DNA of 64,000 nt, from the NCBI GenBank assembly GCA_958009085.1, contig OY253669.1, positions 1,488,001-1,552,000 on the forward strand, in the 5' to 3' direction. Below are positions 25,733 through 39,402 of the stretch, piece by piece; position 1 is the first letter of the stretch; each line of letters starts with the position of its first letter. The stretch comes from Protoeuglena noctilucae. Lineage: Eukaryota. The notes below the pieces were generated by a model. That model was not told where the DNA came from. It worked only from the letters and a program-made list of their open reading frames with translations, and did not search any database. The position numbers and the translations under genes were made by a program.

Positions 25733-27212
25733 GGCCTACGGTGCGTTGCGGACTCGCGGCGCAGCGCCGCGGCCGTCTCTGGGCCCGTAGCCACGCTGAA
25801 CCGCTAACGATGTCCAAATGCTCGATTTCACTTACAGCGGCGGGGCCGACGGAGGCTGCGGTCGAAGGCTGGGTGACTGGTATCCTCAGCGCTTTGCCTG
25901 GATCGAGGAGACTAGCTGCACACTTGTATTGGCTTTCTACAGGCTCTTTTTCGAAATCGGCGAAGTCAAGGATTGCCATATCGGTCGCTTATCCGCTGGC
26001 ACTCGCAGAAAGGCTTCCCGCCATTCCTGCGCGCCGCTGCCGGACAGCTTCCGCGGCGCGCTGATGACTGTGCTAAGGCCAAACGCACGTACGCATGTCC
26101 CCGCGTTTTTGCTAGAATCGAGAAGACTCGCATCGGCTGAACTCGGCTTCTGTGCGAGACACTGCGGGGCGGTGGGATGGGGTTTGCGGCGGTGGCTGCC
26201 GCGGCAGGCGTGGTGAGACCCTGGCCGCCTAGTTGGCTGTTTACAGCGCTGCGTGGGCTCGCGCAACTGGCCAGGCATCAAGCGCCCATGCGATTATTCG
26301 ACCTCCTCCATCGCAGGCGCTGATGGTGGCCGCGATGGTCATGGTGGTGTCCCAACACAACGCCGGTAGGCTGCATGGGGAAGTGAGCACGACAAAGGAG
26401 GTGTCTGGATCCGCGATGGCGCTCACATTGATCGGGTGAGCAGCTAGGGACACCCATTGGGTTGCTTGTGCCCCGCCTGCGGCTGGACGCGATGGGAGGC
26501 GCCAGATCGGGGTGTATTGGATGGCATTTGGTCACTATAACAGACTGATGGCCTTGAAGCAGCTAGCGATGCACACTGAACGAGCTGTAGGCACGCGAAG
26601 GGGGTGGCCTCTGTCCATGCCCCTCCCCCTACCTACTCGCAGGGCTGTCGTTGCTCTTGGAGGCCATGTCATGTCCACCTCTCTGACGCCGGTGCGAGCA
26701 AAGACTTCCGGCCCCATGCGGCCTGTCTCGGGTGAGCTGGGGGCCGTGTCAAGGGCCGCGGGTGCACAGCTCCAAGGCAAGCATCGCGTGCGACGTCGGG
26801 TCGCATCGGCGACGCCTTCAGTGCGCTTACTAGCACAGTGGCTCATGCGCTTTCCCGCTGTGGGCCAAGGAACATGCGGAAAGATCCTCGTCGTGTGCCG
26901 CAGCTCCCGTCTTCACGCCTGGCTTCGCGAACTTCCGTTCTCGCGCAGCAGACACGTTGCGTATCCTCAGTATTGTCGAGGAGGAGGCGAAGTAGCCCAG
27001 ACCGGCAGCGATTGGCGCCCCCAGCGCGCCGCAGATGACTGGCAGCGTAGCGCCATTTTCTATCTCTACAAGGGGGTCTGCAGCCCCGGGACTGCACGCA
27101 CATTCATGTTCTGATCCTTATGGATGGCCCCATAGAGGCGATGGGCCGCACACCCTTTTGAAGCGCTGGACGCGCTGTGATCACGAACGTTGCTGGTGCG
27201 GTGACCGTGAAG

Positions 27213-30200
27213 ATGACGTCCCGTGCGTTGTTTTGGGCGCTAGCCGTGGCAGCCGCGCTTCACCTCCTCGGCGCCGCGAGCTTTATGAAGGGCTTCATGC
27301 TGTCGCGCGTTGGGCTGAAGGATCGGTCCACCTGCGCCCCTCTCCCGCCATGGTCGGGTGATGAGAGCAACGCATTCGTCCTTGTGGCATCGGAGGGGGA
27401 GTGCTGGACCCCCGCCGTGGTCCAAAAGGTCGTTGTGGTGGTCATCGATGCTCTTCGCCACGACATGATCTTCCCGCGGGAATCCGCGCCTTCTGGTGAG
27501 CGCCTTCCCCGCTTCGAAACTGTGCGATGGTCTGCAAGCACCAGCTGGGCCTTCTACGCAGCGTGTGCTTGGAGAGGACTCCACAATCCTGCGCACCGGT
27601 GCAGGGAGGCCCCACGAAGGTGCCATGCGGAGGACGAGGGCGGCCATCGCGGCACGGAACTCCCGAGCTAGCAGGTGACCAGCCCTCCACATGGCACCCC
27701 GTGTTGGGGTCACATGTCTCTGCCTCTCTGGACCCGCGCATGTGCTGTGACCTCATCACCCATTCGTAACTACCCATCCAGGGCGTTTAAGTTCGTGGCG
27801 GACCCTCCCACGACGACCATGCAGCGAGTGAAGGCCCTCATGACTGGCGGCTTGCCCACCTTCGTGGAGATCGGCGACAGCCTCTCTGCCACCGACGCCC
27901 AGGAGGACAACCTCTTGTACCAGCTGCGGTCTCGAGGGCACCGGCTGGCGTTCGTCGGGGACGACACGTGGGGAGCTCTGGTGAATGCCGGCACGCGTAG
28001 GGTGGAGCTAGCCGGGAGATGCAAGGGGAGGGTGTGCCGGTATGCACTGCAAAGCCTGTCCACTGCGTTTCACCCTCCTGCCAAGCGCCCTCCCTCCGCT
28101 TTCATGGGTCCTGCGCACAGCTGCGTGTACTTGCACACCAAGTGTGCGAACTTCTGCCAATGCCCAGGCGCCCCCCCCTCGCTGTGCTGCAGTTCCCTGA
28201 CGAGTTTGCCCTCGCGATGCCCTACCCGTCCTTCAACGTCAAGGACCTGCACACGGTCGACGAGGGCGTGTGGGCCAACGTGCCGACCCTCCTGACGGAG
28301 CGTGTGGGGGAGTGGGATGTGCTGGTGGGGCATTACCTGGGGGTAGACCACGCTGGGCACGTGGGTGACGTGGACAGCCCTGCTATGATGGCCAAGCTGG
28401 AGCAGCTGGACGAGCAGGTTGAGGCCATCGTGCGCATGCTCGACGCCGCCGCGATGCCCGGCATGCCCCATGAGGACACCCTGCTGGTGTTGCTGGGCGA
28501 TCATGGGATGACAGACACGGGGGACCACGGGGGTGGCAGCCCGGACGAGGTGGAGAGCGCGCTGTGGGTCTACCACCCGGGAGCGCACTGGGCACTGACC
28601 CGCGCTGGGGGTGAGTGGACGTGGGCGGGGCTAGCAGACGAGCGGATCTGTCATCTAGCAAGCGTAGCAAGGGTGATGTGCGTGAGTGCTTGACGGGGCA
28701 TGCATGCTGAAGAGCATCCCAGCTGCTTACTGCTGGCATGTGCAAGGAAGGCCATTGTTTTGATGTCAAAGCGCTGTTGCTGTGTCACGTCTCACATTGC
28801 CACCCTCCGTCGCCCCGCAGACGAGGGTGCGTCACCCAAAGTGGACCCGGCGACCCCACTTCCCCAGGTGTCGCTGGCCCCGACGCTAGCCCTGGCGATG
28901 GGCTGCGCGATCCCTTTCGGCAGCGTGGGGGCCGTCTCGGAGCCATTCCTCTCTGTGGCCGCCTCTAAGCTCCCAACCACCGACGCCCGGCGCCTCTTTG
29001 CCCGAGGCCTCCTCGCCAACGCCCGGCAGGTCATGCACTACCTCGAGAGCTACATGCGTGCCGGGGGCTCCCTGCTTGGCCTGCGCGTGGAGGCCATCCG
29101 AGGCCGCATGGCCCGCCTCGCGTCTGCCATGGGCGTCGCGATCGCGAGCGGTGCCGACGTCCCGGCGTCGGACGCGGCGGCGCTCGCGGCGGCCCTCGAA
29201 GACGCGGCGGCTCTGGCGAGGGAACAGTGGGCCCAGTTCTCCGACACATTCATCGTCATGGGGTGCGCCGCGTTTGTGGTGGGGCTTGCCGTGGCGGCGC
29301 TGGCAGCCGCCGCGTGGCTCACGTCCGCCGACGGTCGCCAGTGCGGCGGCGGATCAACGGACAGCCGCCTGGGGTGGGGCAGGGACGACCGTCGTGCCCG
29401 GTGGGCTTCGTGGCTAAGCCCCACTGTGGCAGTCGGCCTTGTGAGCCTCCACGCCGTGTCGTTCCTCTCAAACAGTTTCGTGCTCGAGGAGGGGCCCGTG
29501 ACGGCATTTCTGGCCATCGCCCTCCACCTCTTGCTGTTCCGGGAGCTGTGGGGCCAGGCACGGGCATGGGGCCTGTCCAAGCCCCGTGAGCAAGGGACCC
29601 GTCCCCAGGCTGGCGCGGCGAGCAACGGCGCCCACGAGCGCGGGCCTGCGGACGGCGAGCGCGTGCCGGCACCGGCCCTGACTGCGATGCATGGCCCGTG
29701 GAGGGAGGCGGTGGTTGTGATGCTGGCGACAGGCGCCATGGCTGCGTGGGGTGCGGTGCACCGCCCCAGTCCGTGGAACCCCTTCGCCAACCGCCGGGGC
29801 CAAGCGATCACGGAGACCACGCTGGGGGATCTGATCCAAGAGTGGGCGGGACGCACCGAGGGGTCCGTCCGTCTCGTCGCGCTGTCCGTGCTGGCTTTGC
29901 TGGCGCCCTGGGCGGTCCGCGCCTGTGCGCGTGCGTCCGTGAGCGGGGATGCAAGGCCCGTTCGGGGCGCTGGCTCTACAACTACCTTGCCCTGGAGGTT
30001 CGTGAAACACGCAGCCGCGGCGTATTCGGCAGTTGCGGCGGCGGCGTTCTATCTCGCGAGGGTGGACCTGATGCCGGGCCTGACGCTGGTGCACTCGGAC
30101 ATCGCCGCGAGGGCCGTCTTTGCTCTGGGGGCCGCGTCTGTGCTGGCGTCTGTGGGGCATGCGGTTGTCGATGGGTGGGGAGGGGTGCGAGCCACGCAGG

Positions 30201-31223
30201 GCGGCAGGAAGGGGGACCGCGGCGCAGACGCCGCGGAAGGGCGCATTGTTGAGGGCTGGCCGGCAGCGCGAGAAGGCGCTGGGCTGAAGCGAGACGCCGA
30301 CGGGGGCGGTCTCAGCCGCGTGGCCGCGCTGTGCCATGACGTGGCAGCTGCGGCCGTATCCACCGTGGTCGTCCTGTCCCTGGACGCTTCCGTCCCCGTG
30401 CTGCTACTCTTCCTGGTCGCCGTGGCATCGGTCGCCTCGGCGCTGCGAGCGACGCAAGGAGCCGTGGCCCCGGGCACCGTCGTGGTGGCGACAGCCGCGC
30501 TGTTCGAGACCTCTGTCCTCCTCTTCTTCGCCACCGGCCACCGCTGCGAGTTTCCCTCGCTGCAGTACCTCCAGAGCTTCGTGGGATTCCCAGAGGTGAG
30601 GATGAGGGCATGGACGATGGGTGCGCGCCATGGACCTAGTGGGCTCCTGTTTGACCAGCCTCTTTTACCACTCGCAGTTCCACTTCGCCACCAACGGCGC
30701 CCTCCTGTCGATCAACACCTTCCACTCCATCGTTTGGCCGGTCCTGCTACTCCCAGTCGTCTTACCGATGGCCACGACGGCTGCAGAGCGGCCCTCCGAT
30801 GACGCGGTTGTTGCCGCCCCGCAGCTAGACGTGGGCAGTGCCGTTGCAGACCGTTCCACGAGTCCCGATACCTGCGCACCGCGTTCGCTGGATGAGCAGA
30901 CCGACTCTGCGCTGACAAACTCCGCAGCAACTGCTGCGCCGGGCCTCTCGTCGCGATTGGCCCCAGGCAAGGCAGCAGGGGTCCTCAGCACGACGACAGA
31001 CGCGTCACTGCGCTGGTCAGGATGCGTCTTAACCTCCCTGAACCTGCTCGTGGCCGCCCGGGGCCTGCTGGTGCTGTTTGCCATGCTGGCCGCGTCACTG
31101 CACCGTCGCCACCTCATGGTGTGGGGCCTCTTCGCGCCCAAAGTTTTCTTCGAGGTCTTCTTAGGTGCCGTGACCGACGCTGCAGCAGTCTCGTTCGGGG
31201 CCCTCGTGCTAGCGCTTGCGTGA
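27213..31223 (+). CDS. PIGO: GPI ethanolamine phosphate transferase 3 (PIG-O/GPI13)
   Basis: N-terminal TM then FMKGFMLSR; KVVVVVIDALRHD; FVADPPTTTMQRVKALMTGGLPTFVEIG; PSFNVKDLHTVD; HYLGVDHAGH; LLGDHGMTDTGDHGG; SNSFVLEEG; FFATGH; HRRHLMVWGLFAPK. Confidence 0.93.
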
Positions 31224-31574
31224 TGTGGTCGTCCTTGCATGTGACCCATGTTTTGCCTCCCATAGCATAGGAACAGAAGTGACCGACACCGCGTTCAACG
31301 AGCTTGAACGGCAGCCGTTGCAGCGTGCACGGAAGCTCGAGCTATAGGCTGGACGCGTGCCACGCCGACACTCGACACGAGGGGCGCGATGGGAAGTGGG
31401 AGACACGATAGCAGCTTGACATCACATGCTCGTGGGAAAAGGTCGCATTGACATAGACGTGAGCGTGGCATACTCAGGACCCCCACCAATGCAGCGTGAG
31501 GCCCTCATCGGGGCAAAGACGGTCGACGCAGGCGGACGCAGAGAAGCCGCTGCCTGGCTGTGGCCGCGACCCAG

Positions 31575-34500
31575 TCAGCTGCGGTGCGCGGTCTCGTCGG
31601 CAGCAAACGCCTCCCGCAGTCGCCGATCCGCGTCGTCGATGGAAGCCGTCACATCCGCATCCGATGACTCCACGCGGCCCTTCACCGCCGCGTCGCCGTC
31701 GGCCGCCCGCACCCGTGCCGTCACGTCGCCAACCGCCACGATCGCCCGGGTCGCGCGGTCCGACGAGACCTCCCGCCCCTTGGCCTCTTCCCACCCCGCC
31801 CCGCCCCGGCCACGGAACAGGCCGTCCAGGAGACCCACCCCTGACGGCGACGCCGGGCCCGGCGGGGACCCAGACGGCGGCTTGGACCCGTCCGCGCTCG
31901 CCCGGCCCTTGCCCCGCTCCTCCATGCGCGGCGACACGGGCCGGCTGCGGCTCTCCGTGAGCATCTTTGCCCGCGGCGTGGTGCGCGGGGCGCCCTCCCC
32001 GCCCACGCCTCGCGCCGTCGCCGCCGTCGAGGGCCGCGGCGGGCCACCCGGCCGCGTGGCGTCCACCCGGGCCGACTGCGGCCGCCCGCCCGCGCGCTGA
32101 GGCGAGTTGGGCCCCGCCCACGCGGCCGTCAGGTCCTCGCTCGAGTCCTCCCCCTGGCACGCCCCCGGGCCCGGCGAGCTCGCCGCGGCGTCCGTGCGCG
32201 CGCTCCGCGACAGCACCGCGCAGCCGCGGCCCGACTCGGCACCCGCCCCGACCCCCACCGCGCTCGTCTCCCGCGACCCCACCGCCAGGTCCACCTGCGT
32301 GGCCGAGCCCGAGGCTGAGCCGGACCCCGCCGGCGCACTCGGGCCCGCCTCCTCCGGCTCGTAGGTCAGGGGCACGATGGCGTTGGGCGAGGACCCCTGC
32401 CGCGACCGGTAGACCACCAGGGGCGGAGACGCGGCGCCGGGGCTCGGCACGGCCCGGGGCGGCGAGGGCGGCAGGGACGTCGAGGGCGGCGAGGGGGGCT
32501 TGGCTGCGTTGCTCTCCGCCTCCCTCGCGGCCTGCGGACCGAGGATGGCCGAGGGCATCGGTGAGGGTCTGGCTGTGCGCACTGCAAATCATGAGGGGCG
32601 ACATTGCGGAGCTCTCTGCGCGCGCTCACCCGTGAAGGAGGGGAGAGGGACCTGGGCGTGGCGGGCGTGGCGGGGAGCCCGCAGGCCCGCGCCGCCATCG
32701 AGTCTCGCAGGGCGGACAAGAGGCCCTCGGGCTCGGCAGGGGAGCTCGTCGTGGCAGCGGCCTGCTCGCTCGTCAGCGGCTCGCGACCTGCGCCGGCACC
32801 TCCTTCGGAAGCCGATGCGGGCGGCTGAGGTACTGCTTGTGCGCTCGCCGGCCGCTCCTGGTCCCCCGCCGCCCCCTCGTCCCTCTGCCGCTCGGTGTCG
32901 CCGTCCGCGCCAAACGCTTCCCACAGCGCGCTCTCGTCCGTCTCGGCGTTGACGGCCGGGATGGCCGCTGCGTCCGCCTGGGCCTCCTGCTGCTGCCGGA
33001 GCGACGACAGGATGGCCACGTTGAGCAGCAACTCCTCCAGGTCCGCTCCCTGCAGCGTGCCGGCCTCCAGGCTCTGCGAGGGGCCAGGGACCGGGAGGTG
33101 ACGGCCCATGAGCCGTCCATGCGACACGCAGAGCCGCGCGGGGATAGCGCACCTGGTGCCGGCCCAAGGAACACCGAGCGACACAGTTGCGTGCAGCATG
33201 CCCGCACCTGGAGCACGTCCTCCGGGATGAAGTCTGCGGCCTGATCGCGCAGCTGCTGGACCCAGTCGACCGCCCCGCCGGGCAACCCGTTCGCAGCCGC
33301 GAGGGCGCGCCGGGCCCGGCGCTCTTGCCTCTCCTGCCTCTCCAGGATGCCCCGGGCGATGCGCTCGTCGGCCGGGTGGCGGTACCCCTCGAAGGGGTCC
33401 CAGTCGTCCTCAGGGCGCGCGGTGCTCGCGGGGGGCTGGTTCGCGCCCAGGAGCGGCTCTTCGGAGGTCGAGGCCGGGAGCTCCGATGCGGCCGCGGCCT
33501 CAGGGGGCTGCGCCTCGGGCGCAGGGTGCAGCTCCCCCGCCGTGGCCACGCCAGCCTCCGCGGCCGCCGGGGCGCCCGCGGGCGTGACCGATGCCGGCGG
33601 ATCCTGCGCGGCGACGCCCGCGCTGCGAGCGAGAGCGCGGCTCGGCCGGTTGGGCCCTGCTGCGTGGCCCGAAGGGGTGCTACGCCTCCTGGCATGAGAT
33701 CTGCCCGCGACGGCTCACCTGAGGCGCTCCTGCTCCTGCTGTTGGCGTCTCCGCGCCCATCGCCTCTCGTTTCGCTCCTGCTCCTCCCGCAGCGCCTTCT
33801 CCTGCGCTTCCTTGATGCGCTGCGCCTCTGCAGGTGTGCAACACCAGGCGGACGTCCCGGGCGACGGTTCGCGCCCGCGCCGGAACGCAAAGATGCGATC
33901 TACACTTCGATACCCGCGCAGCGAAGCGGCCGCGGCAGCGACGGAGGGAGCTGCGCGCCGCAGACGAGCCAACTGCTGATCCCGAGCCACGCGCACCTCT
34001 CCGGATCTGCTGGCGCTCCTCCTCGGTCTTCGGGGCGAACACGACCTGGAAGATGCGGCTCTTGCAGAAGGGGCAGTGGTGGCCGGTATTCCCGGGCCTC
34101 TGCGCCTCGGCTTGGATCGCCTGGAGTTTCACCTGCGCAAGGACGGCCGGCGCGTTTGGCGGATCGGCAACCGGGCCAGGAGGCGCGCGGTCGTGGGCAC
34201 ATTGTTGCATCCCGCGCGAGGCAGCGCCAACGGCCGACTGGAAGCCGCGCACGCCGCGGTGCGGTCGCTGCCCTAGCGGTCCAGGAGGCGCACTTGGCAG
34301 GCCGAGGCCGCGACGCGCCTGGAGGAAGCACTCGGTGCACACTTCTTTCTGGCAGCACTTGGTCCGATTCAGCGCGGGATACGACAGGAAGCAAATGGGG
34401 CACTCTCCGTCCAAGTCGGTCCCCTCGGCGTCCACCTCCTGCGGGGCACGGCGCCGGGGCCGGAGCTCGGGGCAGCGCAATCTCGGCTTCCCCTGTGACG

Positions 34501-34882
34501 CGCAGGGCGCCAGGAGCGAGCGACGCGGCGGTCTGCTGCGCCGGTTCGGAGGTCCAGGGGCGCGCCCGGCCCGACGTGACTGGGGGGCACGGCTCGCAGG
34601 CCGGTGCCAGCGACGAACCCCGCCATCGCCAGCGGAATCTCGGAACCGCGAATTGGGGATGCGCACGACGAGGTCCCGCATGCACAACGCGACGCGAGGG
34701 GACGTGCAGCCTGGGCCCTCGTCCGAGCGCACCTGGCCGGGGTAGCACGGAGCGAGCTTCTTCTTGAGGATCAGCTTTCGCAATCGCTTCAGGTCCACGT
34801 TCGTGGTGGCGTAGAGGCCGGCCGGCTTGAGGTAGGACTCGGGGATGCGCGAGGAGAAGCAGAGCGACAGGGCGTTCCCCAT
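31575..34882 (-). CDS. RING-type E3 ubiquitin ligase, DA2/GW2/SIP5-like
   Basis: MGNALSLCFS...KPAGLY...VDLKRLRKLILKKKLAPCYPG; ECPICFLSYPALNRTKCCQKEVCTECFLQ|...CPFCK; a coiled coil; DLEELLLNVAILSSL motif; long low-complexity C-terminus. The 3' end is less certain. Confidence 0.85.
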
Positions 34883-35441
34883 CTCGATATCCTCGCCGTC
34901 AAGTGCGCAAATGGCGCGTCCTTCCGGTCGTCCCCACGCTCGTGGGGACCTGGACGACGCGCCGGGCTACTTCGATGCGCACAGTCCCTATCGCGGTATC
35001 TATCTGCGCCACCAGGTTGATCCTCGGGAGCTGGCGAGCTCCAGGCAAGCTGACCTCGGTGCAAGCGTCGACCCGTGTCAGGGACGCTACCCCATGCACC
35101 ACGTGGCGCTGCGGCCCGGCGCCATTTCCGTGCGGGGAGTGAGGTCACATTCGAGCGATAGGGTCGAGCGCGCCACCCCCCGTGACTGCGGGTCGCATCC
35201 CAGAGGGCGAACTGTCCCGTGAGCGCGAGGGGCGAATTCGGGCCAGCTTCCCCTGCGGAGCGTCCCTCGGGCATCCCGACGTGATTTTGTTTGACGAAAC
35301 AAGGTCGTGGACCGGATCTGCGACGCCCACGCCCCCCGCAGGGTGCGGCGAGGAGGCCTGCCAGCGCCGCGAGCGCAGTGCGCCCTGCTGTGGCCGGTGG
35401 GCCGTGCGCCGCGGCGCAGAGACCCCAGGGAGTGAGGTGCG

Positions 35442-38435
35442 ATGTGCGGAATCTTCGGTTACTACTTCGTGAACGTGTCCAAGCGGCGCGGGGCCGTCCT
35501 CGAGACGCTGCTGCGGGGGCTGCGGAGGCTCGAGTACCGTGGCTACGACTCGGCGGGGATCTGTTTGGAGACGTCCGAGGGCCCGGTGGTGATCAAGTCT
35601 GTGGGCAAGATTGACGAGCTGGACCGGATGGTGTACGCCCGGATCCCCGCGGACGAGCTGCAGCAGGTGAGCGTGCCGAGCCTGTGGCTGCACCGTCACA
35701 TGGCAGGGGCGCAGCGGACCGGCAACGAATGCCCGGGCTGCCCCGACGGGCGCAGACGATCGTGGACAGCGGCGACGGCCACTCGGCCATCGCGCACACG
35801 CGGTGGGCCACCCACGGTCCACCGTGTGAGGTGAACTCGCACCCGCACGTCTCGGGGCCAAGCAACGGCTTCGTGGTCGTGCACAACGGCATCATCACCA
35901 ACTACAAGGTGCCGTCCTGGCATACGCGCGGCAGTCGCTCCCTGCCGGCTGCGTCCAGGGTTCGAACCCTGCGTGCGGCGGGTGCATGCAGGCTCTCAAG
36001 TCGTCGCTGGAGAAGCATGGCGTCGATTTTGTCACGGAGACGGACACGGAGGTCATTCCCAAGCTCCTCCAATACATCTACGACGATCACGTGGCGACGG
36101 GGGTGAGTGCACGCGGGGTGCTGCGGCCGCTTGCTAGAACTGTCGTGCAGCGCCAAGAGCACGGGCGCACCCGCCGCAGGGCCCGCCCACGTTCCACGAG
36201 TTGGTCGCCGAGGTGTGCCGGCAGCTGGAGGGCGCGTTCGCCATCCTTGTCAAGAGCGTCTTTTACCCTGGGGAGTTAGTGGCAACCAAGCGTGGCTCGC
36301 CCCTCATCCTTGGCGTCAAGAGCGCGCTCAAGACCCCCGGCGGCGGGCCGGTGTCCAACCTGGACGTGTCGATGTACAAGTCGGATGGCCCGCTCGGTGA
36401 GCACGATGCCAGTTGGGCACCCACCACACGGCCCTCGCAGCCAGCTGTGGGTTTACCAGACATGGCACCTGCCCCACCCACATGGAGTTGCTCCACCCGC
36501 ATGGCATTCACACGACACCTGCCTGCGCCCGCAGAGTGCTTCCTGGCCTCGGACGCGTCCGCGGTGGTGGAGCACACGAAGCAGGTGCTGGTGCTGGAGG
36601 ACCACGACCTCTTGCACCTGGACAACGGCGTGATCGGGGCGTTCAACATCCAGAAGCGTACCGGGTTCGTGCACCCCGTGTCGCGGATGACGACGGTCCT
36701 CGAGATGGAGGTCCAGGAGATTATGAAGGGCGGGTTCGAGCACTACATGAAGAAGGAGATCCACGAGCAGCCAGAGTCGCTGACGCAGGTGAGGCGCCAT
36801 GCTGCTCTCTGGGGGCACGTGCTTGGCGAGGGTGCGTGCGTGTGTGCCTGGGGTGCCCAGGCAGGGCCGCCCGAGCCCAGGGGCAGCGGCGCGTTTGCGA
36901 AAGCAGTGAAGGATTGCTCTGGAACGCAGACGATGCGAGGGAGGATTCGGGGGGCGGGTGCCCCGGGTGCCTCGCCAGTGCGGGGTTTAGCGGTGAACAG
37001 CTTGGTCCCGGCGGTCAACGGCCTGGGGATCGCAGACAGCCCAAGCGAGTCCAACGGGCATGCGGAGCACGCCACGCTTGTCAACCGGCTGGGCGATAAC
37101 CTGGTCATGCTGGGTGCGGCAGCTCTTGCGGCCATGCTTGCTGTCTGCGCGCAAGTCGGAGCGTGCCTGCGACGAGACCCTCCCGTCCGCCGCGCAGGTG
37201 GCCTGCTGGACTGGGTGGACACGATTCGTCGCGCGCGCCGCATCCTCCTCATCGGCTGCGGCACAAGCTACCATGCGGCCGTGGCGGGGCGGCAGGTCAT
37301 GGAGGAGCTCGTGGGCATCCCCGTGGCGCTGGAGCTGGCGTCGGATTTGCAGGACCGCAAGTGCCCGCTCTTCCGGGACGACGTGTGCGTGTTCGTGTCC
37401 CAGTCGGGGGAGACGGCCGACACGCTCGGGGCACTGCGGTTCGCCAAGCAGCGGGGGGCGCTGTGCGTGGGCATGACCAACACGGTGGGCTCGGCCATCG
37501 CGCGGGAGACGACGTGCGGGGTGCACATCAACGCGGGCGCGGAGATCGGCGTGGCGTCCACCAAGGCTTACACGTCGCAGATCGTGTGCCTGGTCCTGAT
37601 GGCCGTCATGCTCGCCGGCGACAGCCGCTCGCTGCAGCCGCACCTGGCGGACGTCGTGGCGTCCCTCAAACACCTCCCGGACCTGGTGCGCACGACCTTG
37701 GCGCTGGACAAGGAGATGGAGGCGCTGGCGGGGGAGCTGCAGCACAACAAGTCCATCCTGGTGTTCGGGCGCGGGCCCAACTACGCCACGGCCCTCGAGG
37801 CGGCGCTCAAGATCAAGGAAATCAGCTACATCCACTCGGGTGAGGGCGCGCCTGGTGGGGGACGCAACGCACAGAGACCGGAGCTAAGTCGGGTAGACCA
37901 GAGCCACTGCGCACGGCTTGGAAAGCGAGGGTGCATGTGCAATTGCTGTGCCACTCGCAGAGGGCATCCTGGCTGGGGAGATCAAGCACGGCCCCCTGGC
38001 GTTGGTGGACGAGAGCTTGCCGCTCATCGTGGTGTGCACGCGCGACGGGTGCTACGGGAAGATGATCCAGGTCCTGCAGCAGCTGAGCGCCCGGGGCGCC
38101 AACCTGGTGAGCCTTGGCGAGCAGATGCTCGCATGCGGGCGGCGCCTTTGGCAGGCCGTCTGGGCTGTGGACGATGGCGCGCCCGTGCCTCCCCTGACAA
38201 CGTGCTCTCGCCCGCGGCGCAGATCGTGCTGTGCAACGAGGGCGACGACGAGGTGGCCGTGTCGGCCGGCAGCCGAGCGCGGTTCGTGCGCGTCCCCGAG
38301 ACGGTGCAGTGCCTCCAGCCCATCGTCAATATCGTGCCCCTCCAGCTGCTCGCCTACCACCTGGCCGTCAAGCGGGGCTTCAACGTCGACCAGCCTCGGA
38401 ACCTCGCCAAGTCCGTGACGGTCACTGAGAACTGA
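35442..38435 (+). CDS. GFAT: Glutamine:fructose-6-phosphate amidotransferase (isomerizing), eukaryotic type
   Basis: MCGIFGY (Ntn catalytic Cys); [132 protein letters not shown]. Confidence 0.97.
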
Positions 38436-38479
38436 GCCCAGTTATGCAATGGGGGGGGATTGAAAGAGATGATGCGGAC

Positions 38480-38981
38480 TCAAAGCGCCCCGGCCTGCTG
38501 CAGCAGCTGCTTCAGCTTCCCGCTCTTGTTGGCTGCGACCGTGTCGTCGCACCCGCCCACCGACACGCCGCCCACAAAGACGCGGGGCACGGTCGTGCGC
38601 CCCGTGATCTCGCCCAGCACCTGCGAGCACGCGTCGAGTGACGGGGGATGAGTCGAGTGACGCACTGCCATACGCAGAATCCCCGTCGACGGGCGCGCTG
38701 CCCACCTTCTGGATGGACGGCGCATCGACCTCGTTGCTCGTGAGCTCGACGACCTTCAGCTTGTCCGAGGAGACCAGCGAGTTGAGCAGACGGAGCGCCT
38801 CTTGGCAGTAGGGGCAGTAGCTTTTGCTGAAGACCTGCGATAGGGCAGGGAATGGAAGGAACGGATGTGCTTACGTGTGCACCAATTATGGTGCGCCGCG
38901 TCGCATCGGCTGCCCCGCGTGGCTCACCACGACTGGCGCGGCCTTGATGAAGCTGTCGACCACCTCGCGAGCGTCCGCCAT
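38480..38981 (-). CDS. GRX: Dithiol glutaredoxin (CPYC class), 3 exons
   Basis: MADAREVVDSFIKAAPVV|VFSKSYCPYCQEA...IQK|VLGEITGRTTVPRVFVGGVSVGGCDDT...LLQQAGAL*. Confidence 0.95.
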
Positions 38982-39402
38982 CTTGCTGCCGTTCGCTGGC
39001 TTGCCAAAAACAAGTCCCATTCACCTCGGAGCGCAATCGAGCGTCGTCGTTGTTCAGATGGCGAATGTGAGCAATATGAATGGCAAAGGAGTGCAATGCG
39101 CCACGGAATGCGGCCGAGCCGTGGGATCTGACGCGCGAGATGTCAGAAGTGTCCGCGGTCCGACGACTTGCTCAAGCCCCCATCCGGCCCCGCGATTCGT
39201 CGCATGCGTCGAACAGCCGGAATCGCGCGCAACACGCAGAGCCTGGCCTTCGTTTATCGTCCGCGAAATCCGCTCGATTCCCTCCGCCTGTTTTCCGGCT
39301 CCCTCCCTTCCTCCCGCCGCAAGGAGCAAGAGGGGGGCGCTATCGCTGCGCTGGTCGTCTGTAGCTGGGTGATGCGGGCCGCGCGGACGTCCAGTGAGCG
39401 AG

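Noticed and set aside
25760..27200. Possible extra gene in the 1.4-kb gap between POLE2 and PIG-O (several 70-200-aa ORFs, one hydrophobic stretch near 26950-27070 -)
   Set aside because: I could not build a consistent start/splice/stop model, codon bias is weak and there is no recognisable motif. RNA-seq would be needed to exclude it.
36201..38435. 744-aa GFAT 'ORF' with apparent novel insertions
   Set aside because: The insertions are stop-free introns bounded by GT...AG. One true exon ([17 protein letters not shown]) is in another frame, so this is splicing rather than a novel protein or a frameshift.
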